From Utricularia gibba (Eukaryota; Plantae; Magnoliophyta): 64,000 nt of DNA. The position numbers and the translations under genes are program-made. The stretch covers positions 3,348,001-3,412,000 of the forward strand of contig CM007989.1 in NCBI GenBank assembly GCA_002189035.1. Reading direction: 5' to 3'. This document shows, one piece after another, positions 50,190-63,868 of this stretch. Under the pieces are notes generated by a model. That model did not search any database. It was not told where the DNA came from and saw only the letters and a program-made list of their open reading frames with translations. Each line of letters opens with the position of its first letter. Positions within the stretch are counted from its first letter, which is position 1.

Positions 50190-53100
50190 TTTATTTTATT
50201 AATTTATTATTTTTTAGCAATTAGATCATGATCGACCATGGCGTAGAAGGCGGGGGCCGGGGCTCATCGGTACTCCGCGTGGCGCCCCCATGGCTCAAAT
50301 CTAACCCCTTCTTTTAACCTTATTTACTCATGCTTAAAAAATTACGATTGAATTGTTTTAAATCATAAATTATTTCACATGTAGATTGAATTATCCACCA
50401 TAAAATCGTAATTAATTTTTTTTAAAATTACGAATTTAATAAATTGTACGATCACACATAAAACTTAAATATACAAAAAATATGAATCATATTAATATTT
50501 ATTTACGAGGTAGTATTGTTTGTTGTAATAGTTTTGTTATATAAAAAATTCATCATTTTCACTCATAATAACTCTACTCAAAATTCATTTGTATTTTTCC
50601 TAAAAAAGAACATTAATATCTATTTTTTATTATTGGAAATTTTAGCAATTGGTATTTTTAATTTGTTGTTTTCTAAAACTGCATTTAATATTCAATTTTA
50701 GATTCGGAATTGGAGATGGTCGTGGTGTGGTGCTCCCCATGACCGAAATCTCTTGTATTGTGTCATATGTGAGTGTGTACCTTGTACTAAAAAAATCAAT
50801 ATTTAATCGAAATAATTGTATTTAAATATTATATATTTGAATAAAGGAAGGCACCCCCACACCCGCTGTCAACTAGGGATGACTACAAAACCTCACATAA
50901 TTCGATCCAACGGCTTCTGAGACACACAGAGATTTGCGGGGTTTGCAACACGCTACTACCGTCAGTTGAGACGAAGGTGAGCTTGCTGCCAGTGTTGTGG
51001 CATGCAATAAAAAAGAAGAAAGTAACAAAGGGAAATGGAGAATAGTCAATACCGCAAATAGGTAGTTTGTCGTAACTATTACAACAAATGATCTCACATT
51101 GGAATTTTAAAATGAAATAATCATATATATAACAAATTATGAGTTACTAATATTTTATTATATAATTGAACTTCATGTGTAAGTTTAATCCCATTGAAAT
51201 CTTAAATTTTAATATAGTATCAGAACATTTTCTTTACACCACAATTTGAATAGTCGAGATGAATTTCGTATTAATTCGAATTGAGGTTAAAAAAAGAATT
51301 ACATTGTATTTAGATGATAAAAATTAAATCAATATATGATTTAAGCATTAACTACAATCACAAATGATTATTTGACCGAACCACCATTCCCGTTCGTTTG
51401 CTTTATTGTTTGGAATGAAATTAGTTCTTGAAATTCACTGTACTTGCTGATGAATGGTTGTGGTTGGTTGATTTTGAATTTGGGGTGGGTTTAATGGACG
51501 GGAGAAGGAGCTGGGACTGGGGGTGGTAATTTGAATCTTGATGTCGTTCTCACTAAAGGGTTTTGACCGGGGGATCCCCATCCCATCCCATCGCCTGAAA
51601 TTACGTGGGATGGGGAGAGGAAAAAGGTGTCGTTTTCTGGATTAATGCGGAGTGGGGTGAGGACAAGGCGGGGGTTGGAGGGCGGGCGCATGTGGGGTCA
51701 TCGGGAATGGGAGGGTGCTCTCAGACAACGGCCCCCGGCGACCTGATTTGAGGGAGTGCCGGGGCGAGGCAAAGGAGAGGAAGGGAGGAAGGAAGGACCA
51801 GCCCCCGCGTGCGTCAGCCGATGGATGGATGGACCACCGGAAGAGACGACTGGGGATAACACACACACACAACCTCTCCCTCCCTCCCTCCCTCCTCACC
51901 CTCCACTGATTGGATGGCGCTAACTCCGATGACGAGACAGGTAAAACTCGCTGCTCCTGCTCCTGTGTGGTTTGGTTTTCGAACGTCCATCATGTGATCG
52001 CCTTCGCGCCGCTGACAACGCGACCCACACTTGCGCAGTGTCCGATTAACGCCACGCGGCGCCCCAATACATCGGGATTCTCAACCCGCCATTATTACCA
52101 TCATCTTCCTCCTCTCTTACCGCACAATTCATTCATTCCCTGCTTAAACACAACTGATCATTGTCTCCCTTTTCATACAATATACATTAATTTTAACGTC
52201 ACAAATAACAATGAAAAAAATAGACCATTCAATCAGAAAGGCGCAAAATGATGGTCGAACTTAAAGATTGCGGCAGGGGTCGTTCTTGAATACTGTGACC
52301 CGCTCCCAAGTCGTCAATTATTGTTAGCTTATTTTATTTATTTTTATTAGTGCCACGATATAACAGCACCCTGAAGTAAGTAAATTGCCGGGGTAGAACC
52401 AATGGAGTGTCATTTTCCATGCCATGTAATGTAACTAAGTCTAAGGGTTTCTTTAGTTTCTGCGAGAATTGTAACCGGCGAATGCGCTGTCCGATCATTC
52501 GCCTTTAGCGTTTGCCTGCGATCGTTGAATGCTGAGATGATTTGCAGCAGCGCTCTTGATCGTGTAAGGGTTTGACCGAGTGTTTGTTGGTGGATTGGAG
52601 AAGAAAAGACAAGAAACAAACGGGTGTTGGTTGGGGGAATAAGATTCCCATTGTCGTGCCCATCTCCATGCTCCAAACTGGACCACCAGAAACCCTACGA
52701 TTGAGCAATCAGAGCCATCTGACCACCACACATCAGATCGATCTTGACATCCACTGCTTCACACTTCATTTCAATCGCTTACACCTTTTCTTCTCCTTAT
52801 CATCAATTAATATCAAAGCCCAACTTGAAAATCCTCCTCCCTTACACAGCTTTATGTTGAAATTGAGGTACCACGAGCAGGCATCAACATCAAGTAAATA
52901 AGTAAAATAAATTATATTTAAAAAGATTAAATCCAATCAATTAATATTGATATATAATTTTTTACATACTTTACTATTTCATTTCATTTTTCAATATGAG
53001 ATTATTTGTTGTAATATCTATTCTCAAGTTGAATTGATTTTCAATTCAATTAATACTTATTTTTTTATATGATTGTAGTTATTGTTCATGTTATATGTCA

Positions 53101-54826
53101 ATTAAATTAATTGAACATGTCATCTATTTTATTTATATACTTGAATTTCACGTGTGTTAGTTCGATTACTGAATCTTAAATTTCAACACTTTCTTCAACA
53201 TCCCTTTAGTGGTATCGTTCTGGTCATGAATCACATGCTTAGCTGCTGCCACGTCCTGCCGTCGGTGAACTCCAAGAAAGGGCATTCAGCTTCTCTGTAC
53301 ATACCCTCCTCTAGAACATGAGCAGAAGTCAACCCATTTGGATTATTCCAAGTCAAAGAAGCCTCGAGATAAAAATAACGATTAGGAGAACCCCGAGGGA
53401 ACGTACCTATTGGATCCGTTGCCCCAAGTCCCAACCTTCGTCCTTTTTTTTTTTCAAATACGGAATTCTTTTCTATTGCATAACATTAATTTGTCTTAAA
53501 CCCACATGGAAGCATCTTTACACATTTGATTGTTTTATAGTTTTGGAATGTCATGTTTCCAAGTATGTCTAGTGGACTTTATATAATAATAACGTATGCT
53601 CCCATCACCCCAACCTCACTAAAGTCCTCTGAATGGGTGCCCCGATAGGTGAATTAACAGCATGTGCGACAATAAACATTTCTAAATAAATGCGAAGCAA
53701 CGAGGCGTACATTCGTTGGTATTCCTCCGGTGCGTGTGTATGGCCTACGCTGAATGCTCGTCCCGGTCCGACCGAATCCTAGTTCCGGTGAGAATTCGAC
53801 CGAGATCGCGTATGTTTAAATGATGTGGTTAGAGCATTCAGACCGGTTAGGACAATAATGCACGCCGGTCGCTATGTTTTTGTCTCATGCACCTGTCTAC
53901 ATACAAGCCATTAAAGGTTCGTCGCACTGCTCAATTATTGAGCTCCCAGTTCACATCTCCGTTGTGGTCGTGTTTCATGATACCAAGTCTGGTTGCCGGT
54001 TGGTGTCCGATCTTCCTGATCCCGAAAACATACAAAACCGTGTATTATGCGATGGAAACTGTTTGGGTGAAAAAGGGATTACCAAATGATTAAGAACAAC
54101 TCGGATGGCCGTACTGGCATCTACTTTATAATGTGTTCATTGTTTTCCTTTTGTCTTTTTCAGTTTTCGAATTAATGTTTTCTTTTTCAAAAAATTTTGT
54201 AGATGGGTTATGATGAAAGAAGAGAGTTAGTACGAAATTAATACCATTGGGCTAGTCTAGTACGATGCCCATTTCAGTAGTGGGCCGGTTTATGGGTCGA
54301 GGTGTTACGGCCCAATTGACGAACTTGGACTGAGAACTAGAAGTTTGGATTGGTGAAGAAATATGTAATGTCACGAATCTAGTAATGAAATATCATATTA
54401 GTTATGAACATGGAAAAGGACATGATTAACTAAAGAAACTCTCGTAATCTTGATGAATCCTTTTTCTTGAAGGGATAAAATGTGAAATCGTGAGAATTGG
54501 ATGTACGAAAATGACAATATTGTAACAAGAGAATATAATTAATTACATAATTTAGATTTGCTCAAGTTTTACGATTTTTTTTTCTTTTTCGGTTACCATC
54601 CTATTTCTTAGATTTGGGGATTCAGGAAGAGATTTTTTATCATTATTTTGGAAGAAAGCAGGCAAAGAAAAGTCTATAAAAATCACATGAACATCCCCAC
54701 ACATGTATGAAATATGACAAGGCCAAAAACGGAGGGTTAAATAGTAATTAGACTGTGATCTGAGCTACACATCCGGTGTGAAAAATGGGGCTGCCTACAA
54801 CATGGACCAAGGTTAGTTCCGTCACT

Positions 54827-56310
54827 TCACCTCGGAGCTGGTGGCAATTCGTCATTTCTGCATGGCACTACACTCGCCGGAGAATGACGATTGAGAAGCT
54901 CGCGCGCCAGTTCCTGAAGATCTCCGCCTCCTCCGCCGCCTCCGCCAGTTCCGGCCATAACCAGCTGTGCCTCCGTGGGGAGCCTGTTCCAGAACTGGCG
55001 GGGGTCTAATGTCTGCCTCATGTACAGATTGTTAGGAGTGTTGATGACGGGTTCGAACATGGCTGATAAGTCGCAAGCCGGCAAATCGGAGAGCGACGGC
55101 GCCGGAGGAGGGAACATCACCGGTTGTGGAACAGGCGGCGGAGATGGAATCTCCAAAGTTGCGAGATGGGCTTGCAAGTAGGAGAGCTCTGCTTGAAGGT
55201 TCATCACCTTTAACATGAAAACAAGAGTCCATAATCAAGACACGGATCCTCGACATCCTCGTATCGTGTAATGAACCACAAAAACTATAAAAGAAACACT
55301 GTAAAAATGGCATTCTGGGCATTGGAAGTAGGTGATTAGAAGTTTAAAACTGAGTTGATCTATTGCAAAATCATAGAGAAATGGAGACCAAATCGGGCCT
55401 GGTTTCAAAAAACGAAGTCAAATTTGAATTGGTGTGAATGAATTGGAAAGTAATAAGACAATGAGGAAAAGTGTAAGAGCGACAAAATCCTGGAAAAGCG
55501 AGAAGAATTTTTCACAATTAATTGTAAGAAAAAGGAAGATGTTGAAGAAGGTGGACACGTCATCATTAATCAGTCAGAAATCAGGTTTCTTGATTTCAGG
55601 GATGAAAAAGAACTCTTCCTCCAACCAAATCCCCACTCATCATTTTCTTCAAAATCAGAATCGGGAAATTTTAGAAATCTCGAGAGGATTCTCAAGTGAA
55701 AAAAAATGGTGAATTCCAGGCTTTAAATTAGGGTTTTATAATGGAAAAATAGGAATTTGGAGATTTGGGATTGTTCATTACATACCCACTTCGAAAAGAC
55801 AGATCTTTGAGGATTTGGACAACGAAAGTAAGCAATCAAGTTTATGGTACCGATTACTGACACGAGAAATTCAGTGTAATATCACATTGAAAAATGAAAG
55901 CTTTTTATGTTTTGTTTTCTGTCAAGTGCAGTAGCTCAGATCCACGTACTTTTTTCACTTACCTGTTGTTGAAGAGCAAAAATATGAGCAACGCAGCCGT
56001 AGACGGGATCCCGGAGGCGGGCCTGTGCCTCGTAGCAAATCGTGACGACGGCGTCGAGGCGTTTGTTGACCGGAATGTGGAGGAGGAGTTTCGACACGTT
56101 GCTAGCTCCAAACACCTTATGCACGGCGGCGAAATGGGCCGCGCCTTGCTCGGAATCGAAATACGGAGCGAATATGCAACCGGTGACACATTTTCTCCTT
56201 AGGAATTTGCATGCCCCGCATGGCCCCCCGCTCGACCCTCCACCGATCGCACTGCCACCTCCGCTACTTCCTCCACCGGAGCTTCCCCCGGCGACGGTAG
56301 AGGCGCTCAT
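54827..56310 (-). CDS. LOB-domain protein, LBD18/LBD30-like, 2 exons (56310-55963, 55207-54827), intact
   Basis: [59 protein letters not shown]|[16 protein letters not shown] and [11 protein letters not shown] motifs. Confidence 0.95.
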
Positions 56311-58777
56311 CGTCTACCCGATTCAGCTACGAATCTGGTCAAGATGATTTCATGATGAGGTTTTTGTCCGAAAGGGTTCTTAGAAGGGAAAGCGGGAATG
56401 GAGAATGGAGATAAATAAAAGCAGGGCTCTTTCCACACATAAAAATATTATTAATACATTGCCACTTTAATAGATATTCCAAAAAATAACTGAATAGATT
56501 AGCTCTCTTTATGCCATAACATCTCCAATTTAATACTTAATAAAACACATATATTAAGAAACCATATGATTTTAACATAGAATTAAATTAAACATTGAAC
56601 TCAAAATAAAGGCATATCGTCCACCATTACGTGAAATTTAATGTAATAAATGTCACAAAAGCAGCAATAAGTAACATTGTTGTTAAATGGAAATGAACAG
56701 TTTTCGAACATTTTCCTCCTCCGCGTTCGACCGGAAGGGCAGGATGAAGAAGACGTGGGGTGGAACCATATGAAGCAGAGAAGTGAGTCGTGACATCAAA
56801 TGGGGTGGGGATTACTTCTCTCTCTGTGCTTGTAAAAGTTGGGCAAGCTTTTTATTTCGTTGTTTTGTGGCTTGAAGCTAGGGTTTGGTGGTTGTTTTTG
56901 TTCGTGGGTGGTCGGTTTTTTCTTTTCTTTTCTGTTTTTTTTTAACAGTAGAGATGAACGCTTTGAAGCCACGCGATGAAGCAGACTCTCCACTTAGCTG
57001 CTTGCGTGAAGCAAACATGGAATAAACCACCTGCCCATTTTCTTATCTCGTGATTTCCCCTTGACACAAAACTCGTGTCCGAGTATGCGACACTCTACTT
57101 TTAGTTGGTGTGTCCGATCCCATAGCATACCGACACGTATTGGTACTTGATTCGAGTATTGTGTTTCGTTGTTGTGTTCTCTTAAACAGCCTACTCTTTA
57201 GGGTGCCTGATTCCTGCTTAAACCCCAAAAAAAAAGATATTTTCTTATCTCATTTTGTTTGTTATGTTTGTTTTAATTCCTCTTCATCGTCATTATTAGA
57301 AAAAAGATAGCAATCCAGAGGTGTCTGCGTGCGTCGTCTGCCACAAAAGGATTGCTTCTTGATCCCCTTGCTAAACACGGGGTTAGCTTTTTATCAGGCG
57401 ACATGCAGTAGAATGCATAAGCTATGGTCTCAGAAACCAGTTTCAAACAGGAGCTCGCTAGATATCGTATCCTCCCTCCCGACCACGCGTTGAATTCAAA
57501 GCAGGGCACAGGAGAGCATGTAGGTGTCAGTAGAAGAAACCGGGATTGAAGCTTCCCATTGTGTATTTATTTCATTGTGTTTTAAATTAATTAAACTAAT
57601 ACCAGGGAATTAATGGCGGTCAAGGGACTGAAGAAGACAGTCAAAGAGATGGGCGGTTCACCTTACTGCATTCAATGAGCGCTGTAATTACTTGTTGTTT
57701 TTTGTTGATATCCCACCACGTGTCGCACCGGACGATGGCGTCACTTTTGACCGGGGTTTAATTGTGATCTCGTTATTCATGTCTAATTCCGATGATTTGC
57801 TTCAGCGTACGCCCCCGGCGCTGAACAAACCCCATTCCATCAGGCATAATTGTCTGGTCTTAAAGTTCGAAACTTGAAACCACGACAGATTATTACACAG
57901 TATTTGAATCAAAATCCCGGAAAATTACATCTTCCGGGGAGCCAAACCAACATTGCTCCTGCGGCTCCGCGCCGCCCGCTGCCCTGTCGCAGCCATTCTG
58001 TGGGCAGGATGCAACGGCTGAGGTGCGTGTGGTCAGGATACAACCCCCCAAATCAGCCTAACTCGAGCCCACAACCGATTGAATTGGACATTGATTTGGC
58101 ACTACAAGGCCCATGATCTTACAACCACGTCCCTTGTCTCTCGCAATGTTCACCAACATGGGAAATGTCTTTACACATTAACTAATTTCCCTACTACTTT
58201 TCTTGTCCTAAAAATGTGAATGCAATTATGCGGTTAGGTGAAATAAAAAGGGGTTTTGAGAAAGAAAGATTACAAAGGGTAGCGTATGGTGGGAGTGACT
58301 GATGGAAGTGACAAGAGGGACGAATTGAAATGAAATGAAATGAAATGTTCGCCCCACGTGGGGAACTACTGTAGTATCTCTGTGAAATAGTAGGATTTAT
58401 ACATTTTTTTTGACATTATTACACTACATGAACTGCTGGAGGAAGCAATGATCGGTGCGTATTACACAACATCAACTACGGTAGGGGTCTTCTAGAATTT
58501 TCTTGTCGGTAAAATCTCATTGTCTTTTGGGATTCATGTGGAGAACTTTATTTTGTCTTATTGTTGGTGTGGTGGTTTTTTTTTTAATTTATGGGTATAA
58601 TAAATATTAATAATGTGGATTAAATAGGGTGTGATCTGAAATTAGTGAAGGGTGAATTGATGTGGGTCATGTCACAAGTCAAGAGTAAGCAGTACTAAAA
58701 TGGCAGCAGCCTAAACGCCACTCGTTGAAATACGGTAAATCGGCAACTTTTTTTTTTTCTCTTGACCGTGTAAAACG

Positions 58778-59985
58778 ATGAACGGAGAGGCACAAGAATC
58801 CGGCGGGGGGTGAGAGGGCCGTGCGGCGCCTGCAAGTTTCTGCGGCGGAAGTGCGTCCGGAGTTGCATTTTCGCGCCTTATTTTGACTCCGAGCAGGGGG
58901 CGGCCAACTTCGCGGCGGTGCACAAGGTGTTCGGGGCTAGCAACGCCTCCAAGTTGCTCCTACGTATCCCGCCCCACCGCCGCCTCGACGCCGTCGTCAC
59001 CCTTTGCTACGAAGCGCTGGCTAGGGCTCGTGACCCCGTCTATGGCTGCGTTGCTCATATTTTCACGCTCCAGCAACAGGTACTGTGCTACGCGTATACC
59101 ACAAACTTCTCACATGAAATCACTTAGATCAAGAGAGAAAAAATGCACTCCACTCCCCTTCAAACTCAAATTACCTTCACCCTCTCTGATACAATCCCAC
59201 AACAGTTCTCTGAAATAGGGTTTCTTTTTCAAACCTAAGGTGAGGTAGCAGTGTTATTGAGAAACTTTGAAGAAAAAACTAATCAACCCAAATGGCTTCC
59301 AGGATGCTTCTTCTGGGAAGATGTAAAGTATCCAATTATGGGTGGCTCTCCAAGTTTTGTATTGAATCTCAGGAGAGTGATTTTGTAAAATTTTGGTCCA
59401 TTTGGAAGTCAGAAATGGTAGTGTCTTATAGTAGGTGTGTAAGAAATTCCCATTAGGTCTTGTTTTCAGTTTATCAGATTCCTACTTTTTATTTGCCTTT
59501 AATTTATAATAAAAAATGATGAAATTTTTTATTGGAATAAAAAATCATGTAATGATTTGGACTAGACTGTCTGTATGAATCCTTTTACTGGGACGCATTT
59601 TTACCAGTTGCGTGACACGCAATTGATTTATTACTTCCAAGTCACGTGGTGATGAACGCAAGGAACTTACAGTGAATTTTGTGGAATGCCGAATCTGAGA
59701 GCTGGTGTGCTGGTGCAGGTGATCAATTTGCAGGCTGAATTGGCGCACACGCAGGCAAGAATATCGACCATGCAGCTTGCGCGGCACCCGCCGACGATGT
59801 CTTCATCGGGGTTCATCTCCGATCAGACTGCGGTGTATGAAGTGACGTCGCCGGAAGCCTTGACTTTCTGCAACAATTCCGTCGATCAGGACGCGGACGT
59901 GGGGGGCGACTTACAGTGCTTTGCTAGGGAATATGTGTCCAGGTACTTCCCCGGAGTTAAATTCCTGTCTCCGCCTTCGCAGTGA
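58778..59985 (+). CDS. LOB-domain protein, LBD19/LBD31-like, 2 exons (58778-59079, 59719-59985); 1-bp frame break at 58805-58810
   Basis: ATG 58778 [11 protein letters not shown] then TGA; adding one G joins [25 protein letters not shown]...[15 protein letters not shown]...LQQQ|[16 protein letters not shown]...[18 protein letters not shown]. Confidence 0.92.
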
Positions 59986-60049
59986 AAACTGTAATTTCCG
60001 TCGACTACACTCCGGCGTGTGGTTGTTGCGCTGCAAATTGTGATCGCTG

Positions 60050-60271
60050 TAGGGTTTAGTTAATGGGCGTAGGGCTTGATGATTAGTGAGCCCAAAATGA
60101 GGTTTGCAGCCCGTTTCACTTTTGTGGGCCTTTCTATTTATGATCTATAAGCCCAATAAAAATGTGGGCTTTGGCGTTCCGTTTGATTCAAAAAATGAAG
60201 TATTCAGACCTCCTTTATCTCGTTTGAGCCTATGCAACCTTATCGTATGGAGGCCCAATTCGTATTGGGCT
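60050..60271 (-). promoter_or_regulatory. Site II cluster plus telobox, with no annotated gene start
   Basis: Six TGGGCY/RGCCCA motifs (60089, 60125, 60150, 60165, 60252, 60266) and AAACCCTA on the minus strand at 60057-60050. Confidence 0.5.
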
Positions 60272-60970
60272 TGAACGTTGAAAAGCAGATGACCATGGGG
60301 ATTCGATGACCGTACAGGATCGCAGAAACATTCTTCTCCGGCGGCGAGACGATGCGGTGGTAGACTCTGCATAAAAAACACAACAGAATGAAAACACTGG
60401 ATGGGTGATGTGATCAGGACATGGCGGTCTGAATTGGGCAATCCGTCGTCCACACACCTCTATCCTCGAAGCAGTAGCCGATGTGGGACAGGACAAAAAG
60501 CGATCGGATAAAAGGCTAGGCATTCAACAGCCGCACACATACCAACGACCACAAACCAGTAGCTGATCCAAAAATGGATAAAACTGGTCCTACTTGCACT
60601 TTTCCAAGATGGCCAACAACCATTCAAGTTTTGAGCTAAGTTAGGCAGTGAAGCAGTCGCAGTGGTAAAAATTCCTAATGAGCTACTGGGAGGTTGAGCT
60701 GAGTTGCAAGCAAGATCAAAAATTAAGGAGATAGTTCAAGTGTACAACTTCTGAAAGACAAACATCTTGGCTGATACCTCACTGTCTCACACTGAGAGGA
60801 TCAAATGCTGCTAACTGAATTCAATAGGAAACACAGAACAAGAAATAAGGTTACGGCAGTTGTTTATTGGGAATACTCAGCTGATTTGCAGGGATGATGG
60901 CAGCCTGTCCAGTCCGTCTTGCCTTCGTGCTTGCAGTGTTTTTACAGAAACCAAAGCCGGATGATGAAGT

Positions 60971-63868
60971 TTAGAGCAATGCTTTTGCTGCAGCTACAAC
61001 AGCTTCGGCAGTAATGCCGAATTCCTTGTAGATCTTCCCTGCTGGAGCACTGGCACCGAATCGGTCTATGCCAATAGCTTTTCCCCCAGATCCAACTATC
61101 TTCTGCCAGCCAAATGTGGAACCAGCCTCAATGCTCACTCTAGCTGTTACAGCTGCTGGAAGTACGCTTTCCTTGTATTCATCAGATTGCAGATCAAAAA
61201 GCTCCCATGAAACGAAAGAGACAACTCTAACTGCTTTTCCCTCATTCCTGAGCACATCACCTGCTTTTGCAGCAAGTTCCAGCTCTGAACCAGTGCCCAT
61301 CAAGATGACATCAGGCTTGTTGCCAGATGAATTATCTGATATAATGTAGCCTCCCTTTTCTGTGCCTTCAATAGAAGTTCCAGGAAGATTTGGCAGCTTT
61401 TGCCTGGACAGAGCTAGAATTGAAGGTGTCTTCCGGTTCTGAACAGCAACTTTGTATGAACCAGCGGTCTCATTGCCATCAGCTGGTCGAAGCATCAGAA
61501 CATTGGGCATAGCACGGAAGCTAGCCAAGTGCTCGATCGGCTGGTGAGTTGGACCATCTTCACCTAGCCCAATAGAGTCATGGGTCATCACGTAGATAAC
61601 TCCAGCTTGAGACAAGGCAGAGATCCTAATGGCTGCTCTCATGTAGTCCGTAAACACGAAGAAAGTTGCACAGTATGGGATGAAGCCAGGGCTGTGAAGG
61701 GCGATACCATTACAGATGGCACCCATACCATGTTCACGAACACCAAACCTCAGGTTTCGTTCCTCTGGGGTGTTCTTTTGGAAATTACCAAAAGTTTTCA
61801 AAAGGGTCATGTTGGAGGAGGCAAGATCAGCACTGCCACCAAGGAAACCAGGGATAACTTTTGCAAGAGCATTTAGATTTGTCTGGGAAAGATTTCTTGT
61901 GGCATCACCTGGAATATCAGGAGTATATCTCTGGAAAAAAATATGAAAAGTACGTCAGAAATATCCAGATAACAAGCAATTTGCAGAAGGTGCAAACATT
62001 CAACATACCAAAAAAAGACGTTAAAATAAGCACACAAAAGTGACTACTCACTGGAAGAGCACTTTCCCAACCAGCTGGGAGTTCACCAGTTATAATAGAC
62101 TTCAACTCTGCTGCCTCTTCCGGGAAATTCTTCTCATAAGCGGCAAACTTGGCATTCCATTCAGATTCAAGGGAAGCCCCTTTGGGAACATGCCGGCTCC
62201 AGTGGCTGCTCAGAGAAAATTTACAAATTAAAAGGGTTTGACTGAAGTTAAAGGATGACTAGGAATCTGTACCTCTTCACTTCCTCTGGCACATGGAAAG
62301 GTTCATATGGCCAAGCAAGGTTGTTTCGAGTGGCCTCAACCTCTTTTGCACCCAGAGCACTTCCATGGACGCTGTAGGAGTTGGCCTTGTTTGGTGAACC
62401 ATAGCCAATTATTGTAGTAACCTACCATCACAGTAAGAGCAGAAAGAATCAGCAATGACCATTTTTTACTACTTAGGCAATTTCACAGATGTAAATTCTG
62501 ACCTTTATCAGAGTGGGCTTATCTGTCACAGCTTTTGCTTCCTTTATGGCCGCACGAATCTCATCATATCCAGTATTGCCATTCTTAACCCATATTACAT
62601 GCCATCCAAGAGCCTCGAAACGTTTATCAACATTCTCAGTAAACGCAATCTCTGTATCGCCATCAATTGAAATGTGATTGTCATCATAAAAAGCAATCAG
62701 CTTTCCAAGTCCCCAGTGTCCAGCAAGAGAGCAGGCTTCATTAGAAATGCCTTCCATTTGACAGCCATCTCCAAGGATCACATATCTGTAAATATTGGCA
62801 AGCAAATATGTGAGCAACACTTTGATGCTTAAAAGGTGAAGATGAATATCAGTTACTTACGTGTAATGGTCGACTATTTCATTATCAGGTTTGTTATATC
62901 GAGCAGCCAAGTGTTTTTCGGCAAGGGCCAATCCCACAGCATTGGCAATACCTTGTCCAAGAGGACCTACAAAACAAAAGAGAAGAAAATGGGGATGAGA
63001 TACTAGATCTAGCTTGAAACTACGCAGCGAAAGTGAAATGCTCTAACCAGTGGTGACTTCAACGCCAGGTGTCTCAAAATTCTCAGGATGGCCGGGTGTC
63101 CTGCTTTCCCACTGACGGAAATTTTTCAAATCCTCCTCCTGAAATGCACATCGGAATCAACCAAAAACAAAGTGAGAACATTTGAGAAAGGAAAAAAGAT
63201 TTTATGCAGATAGAGTTCATTTACAGTACTGAGAGTGCAATTCAATCAGATCCAGAACAGGAAAACAAGATCTCACCCCAAGCAGACGAAGCAACCACAT
63301 TCAGATCCACCCCCAATACAGCAAAGGTAACACAGAGTGACAAGAACATGCAAAAATATAAACGAGGCTTCAAAGATTCAACCTTGACAGCGTCATATCC
63401 AGCCAAGTGAAGAAGCGCGTACTGTAGCATACACCCATGTCCGGCGGAGAGCACGAAGCGATCACGATTGAACCAATATGGATTCTTCGGGTTGTACCTC
63501 ATCACTTCATCATACAAAATATGACCCATTGGAGCGCATCCCATAGGCAAACCCGGATGTCCAGATACCGCCTTCTCAACAGCATCAATCGCAAGGAACC
63601 GAATCGTGTTCACTGACTTATCCACAAGCGCCGTATCAGCAACTTTCTCCGTCTCTACCGCAACGGAGGCACGGATTCGGTGGCGAGGAGCCGGCGCAAC
63701 ACGACGCCTGAAAATCGACGGGCCGGCTGAAGAAGGCGTGGATTTGAGGCCGGAGAAAGATGGGACGGAGAGAGAAGCGACGGAGGCAGATTGGGCGGAG
63801 CCATGGCGGGGTATGGCAGACCCAGGAAGGATGCTAGCCTGCGAGACTGTGAGAGAAGAGGACGCCAT
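60971..63868 (-). CDS. TKL: Plastid transketolase with transit peptide, intact
   Basis: Transit peptide [12 protein letters not shown]; [40 protein letters not shown], ThDP motif LGDGCQMEG...[45 protein letters not shown] cannot tell paralogues apart. Confidence 0.97.

Noticed and set aside
53820-53880. TGGTTAGAGCA resembling a tRNA D-arm
   Set aside because: No T-loop (GTTCRA), acceptor stem or cloverleaf.
57063-57170. gacac/gtgtcc motif cluster suggestive of a MITE end
   Set aside because: Too short; no paired terminus or TSD.
60479-60489. Perfect snRNA upstream sequence element GTCCCACATCG on the minus strand
   Set aside because: No TATA box at the required spacing, and the downstream sequence matches no U snRNA, U3, 7SL or MRP that I know.
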